From: Nymphaea colorata
Taxonomy: Eukaryota
NCBI RefSeq assembly: GCF_008831285.2
Contig: NC_045138.2
Span: forward strand, 248,001 to 312,000
DNA length: 64,000 nucleotides
Direction: 5' to 3'
Shown: piece by piece, positions 17,913 through 31,727 of the stretch
How the letters are laid out: every line of letters begins with the position of its first letter
Numbering within the stretch: position 1 is the stretch's first letter
Notes under the pieces: generated by a model
What the model saw: the letters and a program-made list of their open reading frames with translations, nothing else
Database searches by the model: none
What the model was told of the DNA's origin: nothing
Program-made: the position numbers and the translations under genes

Positions 17913-18119
17913 TAGCATTACATCATATCTAAAGTCATATATACTGTTAAACTGGTTCCCTTGTTATGATTGGCAATGTCATATAATATGCGAGCCCATA
18001 GTAAGCAGAGTAACGTATGTGTGTGTGTGTGCGGGCACATACAATTCGAGCTAGTCATATAAATTGACCAAAGGTGTGGATGGTAAATGTTTATCGTCTG
18101 TCAGGTGAGATTGAATGAA

Positions 18120-18275
18120 TTAATTTTTTTAAGATGAGCAAGAGATTAACAACCCATTGCCGGAAAAAGATGCTCAAAGGTTCCTCCATTTCTCCTATTA
18201 ATTTTTTTAATATGAGCAAGATATTAACAACCCATTGACGGAAAAAGATTTTCAAAGGTTCCTCCGTTTCTCCTA
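18120..18275. repeat. ~78-bp tandem duplication downstream of YUCCA
   Basis: Two near-identical copies of TTAATTTTTTTTAA.ATGAGCAAGA.ATTAACAACCCATTG.CGGAAAAAGAT..TCAAAGGTTCCTCC.TTTCTCCTA. Confidence 0.85.
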
Positions 18276-21107
18276 CCTCCAAGATCCTGAAAAAAAGTGA
18301 GAGAGAGAAAAATTATTGGTGTTTTGAATTTATAGCATGCTCAAAGCCTCAAACTGCTTATCTTTTTTTTTATATATATATATGTTTTACTCATCAGATG
18401 AAGTGTAGTTCGGACATAATATAAATTCAAACATTCATATTTATTCCATCAAATCTGGTGTGAAAAATTATCAACACATTTCTTTATATATATATATATA
18501 TATATATAGATGGCCGACTGTGTGTGTATAGTAGTTGACGTTTACAGAACTCAGCGATGGAAAAGAAGGGCATATATGACGACACTCGATTGAACCTTTT
18601 CATCAGATTCATGAGGTTAGACAACAGGTTCCCATTAGCTAGCAATTAAGAGCTCATTTTATTTGTGCAGCAGCAGTACTTGGATGGCACCATGAGGCTT
18701 GTTAAGAGCCATATTTATACGATTATTTGACAAGATAAGGCAACGCTGACATAGTAAATCATTTTTATTAGAAAAAAAAAAACAGGAGAACAAGGCATTA
18801 AAGTCAAACATTGTCAAAATGACATTCTTCTTATATAGTTTCCTGTGCCGTGTACCACATGTGAATGGATTATTGTTCGTGATCCAGTAAAAAAAAACAA
18901 AAAATTGAAACATATTATTGTTCATGTTCAAATCCAAATATGAATTTGAATCCGAAAGATCCAAATTTGAGTTTAAAAACATATTTTTTTAATTTAATCG
19001 AGCCGGGTCTGGATTTCAGGTGTCAAATCGATGCCTAGGCTTAGTATAACCTAGCTGGTTGGTTTAAAATTTTAAACTACAAATAGTTAATGTGCGGCAC
19101 TTTAGTTGACCGTATATGCCCCAGAGCAGAAGGAAAGAGAAAAGATTTTCAAGTCTTTGAAGTATCTTGCCCACAACAATTCTCAGTGCCAACTTAATTA
19201 ATAAAATATGTGGTTCATTCTCAGTGCCAACTTAATTAATAAAATATGTGGTTCATTTTTGTCACAATTTTTACATAATATATTTTATTTCTTATGGTGA
19301 GCTTTTCTTTTCAAATTTCTCAACTGCTAACAAAGAAGTAAACTTAGGCAGGCTGGAACATTCTTCTAGACTTTATTGGGTGGATGGTAGCATAGAAAAT
19401 TCTTATTTGGTGGGGGCCTTGTTTAGGGATGTGAAGATGATAGATAGACCCGTTACCAGATCCAACTACTAATTGGATAGTGACTGATAGAAGACGGGTT
19501 CGGACTAGGGCTTAGAGACAAACTTAAAATTCCATCATACATTTGACAAATCACCTCATATTTACATTCACAAATCTAATTGATTTTTTTATTCCGGACC
19601 ATAAATCTTAAAAAGTAAGTGGTTTCGAGAATTATAAATCTGATTATACAAAATAGTTGGTGCCGATTATATATATATATATATATAGCCTTTGAGAATC
19701 ACCAACATTGTTTAATCGATTAAAAGAAAACATTGACAAAAATGTGATGAATATTTTTGACATAGTTCGCACATTTAGTCATGAACAATTATGAGGCCAA
19801 GTATTAAACGCGCGCCTTTTGTCTTCTAGCTTTAAGTTTAGTAAAGGATTTTTTTGTTTGGAGGATCATTTTCTGGTAAAAATTCAAAAATAATACTCAT
19901 GTTTCCGACTTTTGGCAAGAAGCCTCACTTTTGTCTATGACCGAAAAAGAATGGTTTCATGTTAAATCATCTTATGAAGAAAAGATGTGAAGCTTTGGAT
20001 ACTTTCACTTATTTTTTCAACTTGAAAACTGGGTAGGAAAAGAAATGCTTCAATGTGGTTTAACCCAAATTTGGCCTGTATTCTACAAAAACTGCCAACA
20101 GCAAGCCCTTATTTGGCAGTTGTGTGAAAGATGAAGCATCTATAAGAAAATGAAAAAAAAAAAGTGGAAATGGAGTCAAATGCAAACAAAGGAAGCCCTT
20201 TGATCCCTTTTTCAAATAATTCTCAACCTGAGCCGCTTTCAGTAATTCGTATTCAAAGGGAAGTTTATTGAGAAAATAGTGATGTGTTAGTTGGATTTAA
20301 TAGAGGAGACCTTTCTCAAACCGTGTGCTTGACTTCGCAATAATGGGAACTACACCTTTGGACTGGTTCAAAATTCTGCGTTAGTCGGACCCACGTTTTC
20401 TGGATCTGGATCCTGGGTCTCTCATGGCCACATATGCGTGGTGGATTCAAGATCAAGAACATATTTGTCAAATCCAGCTCATTTAGACTTAACACACAGT
20501 TGATTTCCAATTTGGGTGCTATAATTTGAAATTATGCTCCAATCCGATACGGTAAACCAGATCCAACCTGATTTGAGCCAGATCCAGAGCCTTGTGGTGT
20601 ATCCCTATAAAGATATCGAATTTGGTAGGGACGAAAAATCAATACAGATACAATTACGAGTTATTCGAAAGCAGAGACGCTTTGAGAATGTCTTATGAAT
20701 ATGCTTCAAATTTGAAATAGATTCATGAGACATTAGTTTGCGATTCAAAAGACAATGCCAAACAAACTCTTGAGAATCCAATTGTTTATCAGATCCGATT
20801 ATATTAATTTGGGTCAATTGTATATGGGACCCAAACACAATCCATCAACATCTTTTTAGAGAGATAGAAGGAGAGAGAGAGTGTGTGTGTGAGAGATTTG
20901 AAGAAGGTTCAGAAGAGCTACATTCTCTTCCTAAAAATCTGCAACTCAATGATTGATGTGCTGTAAGGTTAATGGCACAAACTTTGAAGCCTTCTTTCTT
21001 TCTCTCTCAAGATCCAAACAGAACTGAATTTGATTTAATACTGCAAAAAAGAAGAAGCTATGTATATTTGGTGCATCCCCAAAATGAAAAAAAAGACAAT
21101 ATATTCA

Positions 21108-22109
21108 TCAAACATGGAACTGCTCTAATTGAACAGCACTGTCCTTGAGAGGAACATACTCCCCAAGATACACCTCCAAGTGATCAGACAGGCAGGACTT
21201 GTCAATGTTCTCATGGTGGTAGGACTTGCAGACAAAGTAGACCACCGTCTGGATCACCAGCCCCAACAAGATCCACATGCAGAGAACCACCACCAGGGCG
21301 AGCCCGGACGCCACCGCCGCGCCCACCCCGCCGCTCCACTCCCGGCGAACGACCAGCTTCCCGAACAGAAACTGGATTCCGGCGTACAACAACGAAAGCT
21401 GGATGAACACGGCGACGGCGACGGCCAGCTTCCCCTTGATCAGGTCCTTGCTCTTCTCCATCGCCGACAGGCCGTACCGGTCCTCGAGCACCGAGATGAC
21501 GCTCGCCAAGTGCCAAATTACGCTTATGTAGACGAGGCCGACGAAGAACAGTATTGTCACCATGATCATCACTATCAAGCTCGCTATCCCATATCCGAGG
21601 ATGATGAATATCATCACGATTATCAGTATGGATATGAAATTGTACCCCAGAATAATGGCAAACATCCACAGAAACGTCACCATAAGTCGCTTCCAGACCT
21701 TGGGTACGACTGACATGATCCTCCTGTAAGTCATGTCCTTGCCGGAATATATGCAGGCGATTGCGTACACGACGGCAGATGTCGATAGGAGAGAGAAGAT
21801 GAGCACCATGACCAGGTAGGCGGCCTTGAAGAGGAGGAAGGTGGTCCATTCAGAGGAGAGGTTCTTGAGGATCTGGTCGTGGGCGGCGCCGGCGGCGGGT
21901 TGGTCGTCGAGGGCCTCCTCGTTGCGGTCGATCTTGGCGAATATGGCGTCGGAGATCTGGACGTGGGCGAGGAAGATGAAGGAGAGGGGGAGGACGAGGG
22001 TGAGGGCGATCTTGGTGAAGAGCTTCCTCCGTAAATTGATGATCTTGAAGGCTTCATGGTAGATGCCAAAGAAACCCAAGAATTGGAGTTCCTCTGGTTC
22101 TCTGTCCAT
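21108..22109 (-). CDS. Intronless multi-pass membrane protein of unknown function (conserved plant family beginning MDxxPEELQFL), 333 aa
   Basis: ATG at 22109 (MDREPEELQFLGFFGIY), about 6 hydrophobic segments, GC3-rich codons. The motifs VWKRLMVTF, WHLASVISVLED and the C-terminal YFVCKSYHHENIDKSCLSDHLEVYLGEYVPLK are typical of this family. Confidence 0.9.
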   Translation of the reverse strand: MDREPEELQFLGFFGIYHEAFKIINLRRKLFTKIALTLVLPLSFIFLAHVQISDAIFAKIDRNEEALDDQPAAGAAHDQILKNLSSEWTTFLLFKAAYLVMVLIFSLLSTSAVVYAIACIYSGKDMTYRRIMSVVPKVWKRLMVTFLWMFAIILGYNFISILIIVMIFIILGYGIASLIVMIMVTILFFVGLVYISVIWHLASVISVLEDRYGLSAMEKSKDLIKGKLAVAVAVFIQLSLLYAGIQFLFGKLVVRREWSGGVGAAVASGLALVVVLCMWILLGLVIQTVVYFVCKSYHHENIDKSCLSDHLEVYLGEYVPLKDSAVQLEQFHV

Positions 22110-25100
22110 CTCCACCACCAGAGTCTCTCTCTCAACTCTCAAGTCTCCCTTTCGAAGGAGATGGAGATGACTTTCCTTCTTGTTGATTTTCTATCTCCCG
22201 GGAAAGGATGCGGTATGATATAGGAAGCGTATTGAAAATGAGGTACGAGAGTAGCCACGGTTGTCCACTGATTAACAAAACTGCCATCGAGATCGGAACT
22301 ACTTTGAGGTTAACGATGAAGACAATTACCGGGCAAAAAAATTTATTGCAAAAATTTCAAAGAAAATTTCAGTACCATTAATTCTTTAAATTTTGAGCAG
22401 CAAGAGTCTTTGTTTCTCTAAGTTTTAGTTTTATTTTTTATTTTTTTTAGCAAAGGAAAGTAGTGGGGAGTTCGGATCTTTTGATAGAGGCCACTAGAGT
22501 CACTGCATTAGGTATGATGTGGGTGTTTCACTTAATTTTTAAGTAATCACAGAGTCATTTTTTATTTTTATTTTTTTTTTCCCTAGAATTTGCGAGTTTA
22601 CATGAATGTCACAAAAACGTGTATAAGTATTCTATGCTGAGGAATTTCTCATATACATGTAGAGAATAAAATGGAAAAATCTCCGTAAATTTTTTAAAAA
22701 TTTAAAACACTTAATATATCTTGAAAATTATAAAAAATACGAAAAAACGCAAAAAAAACGTGTATAATATGCATATAATAAGCGTTTTTTTCACTTTTTT
22801 TTATTTTTTGGCATTTTTTTTAAAAAGGCACATTTTGTAGACTGACTATGTTTTTGCGCATTATTCAAGACGACGAGTTTTTTATGACAGTGACCCATAC
22901 TAAATGCATGGGTCCTAAATCATCTGGTTTTGACCCGAACCATGGTGAAGAACCAATAATAAATGGTTGGGGACAGAATGAGATGAGTAAGATTTATGGG
23001 TCGCAATTTTGGATAAATAAGCTAGTAAGAAACGGGATGTCTCTTCTCAGTGAACTTAATATGGTGAAGATGCAGATTTGACAACCTTTTAGTTAAGAAG
23101 AGTTTAGAGCAATGTGGATATGGATTTGTATCAGATTGAGCTTTAACCAATGCATTCTATTTTGGTTTAGCAGATTTTTCCTCTTACCATATGCTGGGTT
23201 GGAGCAAATTCGATGTCCTAATTTGAAACCGTACTGGGTTTATAATCAATCGGATCAGGTGCGGTGGCCTCCGAGATCCTAAAGTGGGAATCTATGTCCG
23301 TTCTCAAATCAGATCCAAAATTTATATCCAATTTGAAACATTTAGGCCCTAAACTCAGATTCGTTTCGAGTCTTTTGTTGGATTTACTTGTGGAATCTCA
23401 TCGGATCCACATAACACATTCGTTTCGAGAGAGAAAGGGAACGATGAAAACAGGTCGGATTCAGATTAGGGCAAATTTTATTGGATTGGACCTAACCAGT
23501 TTTTATGGAATTGGGTTTAGATTCAAACTCCCATCCAGACTTCAATTTTCAAAATTGAATTCAGATGTGATCCGCATAAGATCCAAAAAGTCACAAATAA
23601 TCAGGTTGGATCTTTATCGGATCCCGGCCGAATGTTGGACTCGGATCTAGATTTCACTGTGAAAACGCGTACATATCCAAATCCGAATATAATTAGCAAA
23701 TACGATTTACCTCATGCTAAAAATCCAGACCCATGAGGGAGGGAGAGAGAGAGAGACATTGACCATCTCTGTAATATGAAGAGAAACTCAGGGCACTTGC
23801 ATTGAGGGAAGCTTCCATGGTGGTCTATAACTATAAGACGTCGCCGTGTGAGCTGGGTTGCCCAACTCAGTCAAAGTCAACGAGCCTCGGCTTGGAGACT
23901 ACGGAAAGCGGCCGGACTCTCTCTCCTAACCGCAATTACCGAAGCGTACTGAAGACAAATAGAAAAGGCCAGATATGTCCTCGTGTCTGGTAAAAAGGAA
24001 ACTGCGTTTTTATGTCACCAGCTTCCAATATTGAACTTCTTATCTTCCTTCCACTGATGCCCCATTCGGTTGCAACATCGAAAGCCTTTCTTCGTTCTTA
24101 AGCGATGTCCCTATCTTATGATGACGGGGGTAAAATTGTCAAGTCAATTACGTCGTGTTTGTAACGCTCGATTTCAGTAACTGCGACACTTTATCAAAAG
24201 ACAAAGTGTCGCAGATTTCACCTTCTCTGTTTCGCTTGTTGAGCTCAATGATGCGTAGTGTAATTGGGCGGGTAGGTTGGCACACTTTGGTCAGGTCTTC
24301 GGTTCAATTCTCAAAAGCATTCCATTTTAGGTTGAAGGGTGCCATTGAAAAATAAGTGGACCGGACTTGAGTGTACACCTAATAATCATGGTATGATTTG
24401 TGGTTTATCATATTTTGTGGCTTGTGAAAACAATTTTTGTGTCTGTGGAGAAATGAATTCAATTTTATTTTGGATCTTGGATTTAAATGTCAAGTATTTT
24501 GCATAAACGAGAATGAGATATGGTAAGTTTGGATTTAAATCAGATTCTTTTGTCATAGATCCATTCAGGAATCGGGTCTTCTCTATAGGCGTAGGTTTAT
24601 CGAGGATTCATAATGATCAAAATCCATTGATAATCCAGATCAATTTGTAACCTTCATCCATCAGGCATATAGCAAATCACCCAAGTGCTCAACTTTTTGT
24701 GAGATAAATACCCAAAGAGCATCTATTAACCAAAAAAAAAAATTTTTTTTTTCACATAAAACCATATGATTTTTTGGATATTGTTTAAATTTAGAAGCAG
24801 AACAACATATTGAATCTAAAACAGTGAAGGCATTTGATAGCCTTGGATTTGAAATCCGTGAACGTGATGTGACATGGTTTTTGCTTTGTTGATATAGCAA
24901 AAAGTTCACAACAAAATCCATGATTCATCAAACTAAGGATCTTAGATCTGAACCCATATCTACGCTGAACATCCTTACTTTACTTATCTACATGAGGGAA
25001 ATGTTGGATTTAAGATTGGAGCGGGGAAGGTCCAATTTTAAATTTATGATTATCAAATCTCAAATTCAAATCTATCAAATACTCCTTTAGTAATTATGCG

Positions 25101-26639
25101 CGCTATTTTTTTCTAGAACTAACTAATAGATCTGAGCCTAGATGCAGTTAGATGCACTTTGTCTATATATAGAGCATAGCTACTTCTTAGTTCTGGAAGG
25201 CTTAATTTATGAGCAATTTGGCACCAGTAATGATATGTTAGTGTTCCTTGCATTTGCCCTAAATATGAAAGCAGATTGATGAAATGTTGCAGCACAATGT
25301 TTCATGAATCTATTCAAAGAACATTTTATTCATATTTTATGAATTTACCTCAATTTTTGAAGTAAATTCATAATAATGAAGTAGTTTGTCATTAAATTTT
25401 GAGGCGGCCCCCTGCCTCCGGCCCTGCAGTCTCCTGGCTGTTGTCCCACTGTTCTCACCTAATTCGAGTAGCCGTCTTCCAGGAAAACACCTGCGTGGTC
25501 TTCGACTTGGAATCTCGACACCGAAGCTCTAATTATCAAGGCAGAGTTCCTTCTCCTCCTGTTCTGTTTCTCGCATTTCTGATGAGGCGCTCCCTGACTT
25601 GGAGCAATCAGGAATCACGATTTTTTTTTTTTTTTTTTTTTCTTTTTGTTCCCACGGATACAAATCTTCCCAATCAATCAAGAATAATATATCATTTATT
25701 TTGTTCTGGTGTACATAATAATCTGGATTGATTCATATATTACTCTTTTTTCTATCAAACAAATCAAAATGAAATTTGCCGGCTACTTGTTTCATGGTCT
25801 GGAGACGGAAATACTCACATTAATTGCAGCACGGATTCCAGCATTGAATAAATCGCCTCCATTCGTTTCCTTTGCCATCAACAGGTGGCAGTCTATCTGT
25901 GTGTGAGTTGCATTAGAGACCTGTTATCACTTCTTACTGTCAAACATTTTTCTTTCTTCCCGACAGAGTAAAGAATGAGGTTTTATTACCTTAAGGCTGA
26001 TTCCAGTCGTTGTTTTGATTCTCACCATGCCACTTCCGAAAGCAACTAGTGGCTTTTTGCTGCAACTGGCACCATGCAGCATACCACCTTCGGCTTTCAG
26101 TATTGCTGGAGGCAGGTAGGCTGAACATGTTAGGTACAGTTTTCTAGCTTAGAGGATAATAATGAATAGCATGCAAAAAATTTCATGAACCTTCAAATAA
26201 GAGCACTAAAAGCGCCTATAATAGCCTTCAGTAATGGTATTTGCAGTAGCACCAATCAGTTTTACTTTGCTTACTCTTCCACAGTTTTGGAATGTTTGCC
26301 TTATAATTTTTTGTGTCCCTGAAAAGATGGAAGGCATACAGCATATGGATGAAGATTCTGAGAGGAAAATTTCAGGTGTGGCAAATTGGTAAATTGCTAG
26401 CGAGTGCTACAACTGGTATTAGTGGCTGTTTCATATAGGCATGTTCTGTGTTATAAGATTTTATAAAAGATACATGGTTTCCTTCTTTTTGTTCTGGTGA
26501 TATCTACCTAAAGCAAAATAGTTTGATGAAGTAATTTGGTTCAAATCCTTTTTTTGAGTTCTTTTTGTATTAAAAAGTGCATCCCTTGTTGCTTTGTACA
26601 GGCAAAACATGATAGTAGTTCTTCAAATATGAATCACTA

Positions 26640-27660
26640 TTATGCTAATGCCTAGGCGAGCCGAGGTAAAAGTGGCAACTTTTTTTTTTTAGTACACAAC
26701 AGTAACAGTACATATAATTACACAATAGTAACATAACCATTCTAAACTATACATATAACAGGTATTTCACAATACTACGTATTATATAACAGGCTAACAG
26801 TATATACATACAATAAGTTGATGCAATACTATATAACAGGTATAACAGACTGTACATAATAGTATATACATAACATGTATTGCAATACATATAGCAGGAA
26901 TAACAAATTGTATTCAATGCATAGAACAGGTATAATAGCAGGTATTATATATAACAAAACAGACTAACAGTACATAACAGGTATAACAGAAGGTACAGAT
27001 ATTACAATGCATGTAACATGTATAACAGCCTGTTAACCAAACAGGCTAACAGTACATAATGGTATATACATACAAGTTTATAACACTTATAACAAATTGT
27101 ATTCAATGCATAGAACAGGTATAATAGCAGGTATTATATATAACAAAACAGACTAACAGTACATAACAGGTATAACAGAAGGTACAGATATTACAATACA
27201 TGTAACACGTATAACAGCATGTTAACCAAACAGGCTAACAGTACATAATAGTATATACATATAAGTTTATAACACTTATAACAAATTAACAATACATATA
27301 ACTTTATCATACAAGTACGTAACATAACCATACTAATATATACATATAACATGTTTGAGGTATCATAATAATATATAACAGACTAAGTTACTAACAGCAT
27401 ATAACAGCATAATCAACATAACAATACATAAATCTAGTCAATACAAAATAAAATACATAACAATATGTACTCAATTAAGAAACTTTAATTGGAAGGGGAG
27501 GTGACTTTTCACTTTCCCATGGACTAAGCGTGTTGGCACCTAGGTGAGCCTAGGCACCAGTTTAGGCACCAATACATATCCTGTCGCCTAAGTGGTGGAC
27601 TTATGCGATGGGTGTGGACTCACATTTAGTCCATGCCTAGGCGAGTCTTTAACAACATAG
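26640..27660. mobile_element. Non-autonomous element with GCCTAGGCG subterminal motifs and an AT-rich internally repeated core
   Basis: ATGCCTAGGCGAG near both ends (~26649 and ~27633), plus clustered CCTAGG motifs at 27530-27645. The interior is TAACAG-rich with a 189-bp tandem duplication (26901-27089 / 27090-27287). Superfamily not established. Confidence 0.55.
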
Positions 27661-29617
27661 CTATTATGTAGGCAAAGTCCTACTGGCATGTGGAATTCAG
27701 TAGGCCTCATCACCTACCCGTATCGTTTATCCTTTTCTTGTGTACCATAGTTGAGCAGATCTCAACTTTTGATGGGCAGTCCTAGTTTGAGTATAGAAAA
27801 TCACTTCTTTCTCTGTAAGTGCAAACATAGAATCACATTAACTGTTCAAAAGATCACATCTCTGAAAGTTGTCTTGCAAATATAGCTTGTACTGGCATTG
27901 ATTTTGGTTAGGCGACCCTGATGGACCTTGAACTACAGACTGGAACCTACCAGCTTTTCAAGCTGCATGGCAGGGTTGTTCAAACACTAACGCTGCTTTT
28001 GTCATATCAAAACTAGGTTTTCTGTGAGCAGGAGCGTCTAGCAGTGGTGTTCTGTCCATTGCGTGGGATTGAAGTGGAAATGAAGGTGTTTGTTGCAGGT
28101 AATCCCCCTTTTCACTTCAATACCCCTTTTCTGTGCTAGTGAGGGATGTCGTTCCACAACTGATTTCTATCCCCCTGTCTCAACTCGGTAGCATGATGTT
28201 GCTGCTGGGTCTAATGCCTCCATATGGTATTAATTTTTTTTGCTTTATATTGTCATGTCTTGTCTGTTTTATGCATTTCAGTGCCTTTTATGAGAAGCCT
28301 TTGCTATGGTTCCATGATGATGAGCATCGACTGTGGCTTAAGGAAGAATACCCAATTTTCCGGCCCACCATTTTATACAACACCACTAGCTGGTCCTCAA
28401 AATTTAGTTGAATGAAAGGAGACATTTGCCGAATCTGTAATTAATATTAGTAATGTGTGTAATAGTTGAATTAGTGGGCAGTTTACTTAGTTATGTATAT
28501 GCTCAAATACTAAACCCAGTTGCCTTCCACTTGGATGGCTGCCAAATGAGTGCCCGTAGAGGTATAGAGAAACTGATGATGATTATGCATTAAGTCATGC
28601 TTTTAAAAAATGAAAGTAATTACAGAAGATAATAATCTGTAGTGTTGAAACTGGTGGCTTGCACTTGTTGCCAAATCTGGAGTTAACTCCTTCTGATGCT
28701 CTATGTTCTTTGTACTTTCCAGTATGTGTTTTTTGTGTTTTCTGATACATTTACGGCTTGCTTATGTTCCTGAGCATGAATCCGTGTCTTGGCCTTCTTC
28801 TACTGGATGGAGGATAAAATGATTCTTAGGTGGTATTTAAATCAGCAACTTATGTGGTCACATTTACTGGGGGAGAAATAGGTTCTTCTGTACTCCTAAT
28901 ACTAGAAAGCATGGGAAACTTATTTTGTTAGTTATATCAAGCCTCAAAACCTAACTTACATTTCAGCCATTCTTTACAAAGAAAAAAGATTAAATGACCT
29001 TCAGCTTTGTGGAGATGATAGCATGGTTTGCTTCTTCAGTATGTTCTTTGACTAGTTCAAAATGAACTAGTGCAACAGAAACTTTCATGTTGCAACCAAT
29101 GTTGTAAAACCCAAGAAGAAATCTGTATTGGTGGAGTGTAAAAAAAATTGCCTGTTAAAAATTTTAATATAAAAAAAATCACAAAAATAAAACCAATAAA
29201 TAAGCACAAAAATAGAAACAAATAGGAAAAAAATTCTCTATAGAAAACATGAATTGAATAAATGTAACAGAATAACAAGTATATGCTGCCTACAACATGC
29301 ACACATTCATTAGAAATAATAAAAAAACTACTTAAATTAGTCTCCTTACTTAAATGAGTAGAAAAAATAAATAGCTTTTGTTTGTGCGTAAGTTACTCCT
29401 TACTTATTGGGCCGTAAAACATGACATTCTTAATTTTGAAGGGCGGACATAGACTATTATTGGGAAACCCTGAAAGATCCATTTCTTTGCATGATGTCTA
29501 CCCTAATTTTTATTTTTGTTTAAATGTGTGAGAATGGATTTCATGATGAATAAGAAATTTAAAAACACAAAAGGATTTGTTTTTTGGGCCACCGTTTTGT
29601 AGAGGTTTATATATATA

Positions 29618-29763
<146 letters not shown>

Positions 29764-31465
29764 TGCTGGGTGGGGGAATGGTGGTGTTATAGCCTAAATT
29801 ACACTTCATATGGTGCACTTACCCTTAAAACTAGTTTTAGACGTGGACTTCATCGTTTTTCTTCACAATTATGTTACTTAGGATTTAGGAATGATGCATC
29901 GTACTATATAGTATGTTAAGTAGAACTGTGGTCTCGACTATCACACTTGAGGCATCCATTCTGCACCCAACTGCACTTATAATGTTGCTTTCTGTGCCTT
30001 GAATGTGCTCTGTAATTACTCTCTCTTTCTCCTTCCTTTGTTTTCCCAGTCTGTGTCTTTTGTAGTACAGTTTGTTTATCTCAGGGACAATCTCTTATCA
30101 TCATTTGAGGGTATTTTGATTTTAAAGCAGGTGAAGGTATGTACATACAACCTACATGCAACAACATATTTGCCATGTTCCAGTGGCTGTCCCCTTTTGA
30201 ATTGCATGTAGCGAATGCTATGCATTCTGTTAGCAATTTGAAATCCTGTTTCAGCGTACTGGAATTACTTGAGATTTTCTTAAGTTGAATTTGACGTATG
30301 AAAATAAATTTGGTTTTGTAGGTACTATATTTAAGTTTTAATGAGTTCAAGGGTCTTGCATTTGAGCCTCTTGAAAATTGCAAATTTCTGCAGGTACTTT
30401 CGCATAATTCAAGGTGAATTAAACATCTTTCAATCGCATGTTTTGATAGATATTCTAATATGGTGCCTTTCCAAGTATTCCAGAATTATACATCAATCTA
30501 AGGGTTAAATGATCAACAATTAACTAAGATGGAGAAGCTGAAATTAAGCCTTTCATCTGATAAGATCTACCTAGAGATTAAAGTGAGTTTCTCTTGCTTG
30601 CTCGTTGGAGTAAATTATTATTGTGTTATTGTGTTCTAAGGTTCCTATCTTATCTTTTTGACAGGATTTGCAGGTTGAGTGCCATATTCTGGATTTGATT
30701 AGACCCTGTTATCATTCTTTGGAAAATGTATGTTCACATTGTTGCATTTTGTTAATTAAGTTGATCAAATAACTTATAAGTTATAACCAGTTCGTTCCTC
30801 AGATTTACTTAGCCTATTGGGCTTCGACTTGGAGTGTCAGTTATGTAGTTTGAGAATGAAATACTTGTTTTTTTTTTGTTCATGGATAAAGTGGGTGTAC
30901 GAATCAAGCTGAGCAGCTTGTGGGTCTGCTTGTTCTAGATCGTAAAATGATCTCATCATGCTGAATATGGATTATATGTGCTTAGTGTGTCTCAATGCAT
31001 CAGCCAGTCATTAATAGTTTCTGAATATGTTACATCTGGACTTCATTCGAAGAAACTTCTTGTAGTTTTTTTTGGTAATTAAATGCTTGGCTTGAAGAGA
31101 GGATTCAAATTGTTAATGTTGCCCGTGGAGGTGTAATTGTTTATGTCTGGACTTTACACATGCCTTATTCTAAATGTGGAACAGGTTCACGGTAAAATCA
31201 TTGCATATGCATTCTTGTAGCTGGTTTTCTTCATTGATATATTAGTCTCTTTCATTAATCTCAAGTCCTTCCTCGCCACGCAATTCTTTTGCAACTAATC
31301 TCAACGAGTTAGATTGGAAGATTCAAGAAGAAAGTTTAATTTCCTAATAATAAGTTACTTATGATCTTTTCTCATTTGCTGGTATATAATTGTTTGTTTA
31401 GGCTTCATAATTGATCACAAATGATTCATGTGAACCTTCGGTGTTGCTGGGATTAGGCAATGGGT

Positions 31466-31727
31466 GATAGACTGGTGTTGCATGAAAATGTAGTAGTGAC
31501 TCCACATCTGGGAGCAAGCACTGATGATGCTCAGGTGTTTAGATTCTAAAATAGGTTTTTTTTTTTATTTATCCAATAAGTTTATATTTTGTGCTCAAGT
31601 CATTTGAACATACAATTTTCAGGAAAAAGTATCCATTGAAGTAGCAGAAGCTGTTATTGGGCCATTGGAAGGAGAACTCTTTTCCACCATTGTAAATGCT
31701 CCAATGGTTCTTCCTGACTCCCTGAGG
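31466..31727 (+). pseudogene. Isolated two-exon fragment of D-3-phosphoglycerate dehydrogenase
   Basis: 31466-31534 translates to DRLVLHENVVVTPHLGASTDDAQ, followed by a GT-AG intron (31535-31622), then 31623 onward EKVSIEVAEAVIGPLEGELFSTIVNAPMV. This matches the plant PGDH region ...HENVTVTPHLGAST.EAQEGVAIEIAEAVVGALKGEL..TAVNAPMV, including the catalytic-His TPHLGAST motif. No other PGDH exons were seen. Confidence 0.82.

Noticed and set aside
18515..18656. Possible minus-strand tRNA/SINE-like head (TAGCTAATGG … GGTTCAATC)
   Set aside because: The boxes are too degenerate, and there is no cloverleaf, tail or TSD.
21129..22135. Alternative-frame and antisense ORFs of 134-212 aa over the membrane-protein gene
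   Set aside because: GC-rich shadow ORFs. Only the MDREPEELQFL frame has family motifs.
26690..27470. Regularly recurring TAACAG units resembling a CRISPR-like array
   Set aside because: Eukaryotic context, no constant repeat with unique spacers, and no cas genes. It is a degenerate AT-rich minisatellite inside a transposon-like element.
28310..28700. ATGATGA motifs suggesting C/D box snoRNAs
   Set aside because: No convincing terminal stem, properly placed D box or recognisable rRNA antisense element.
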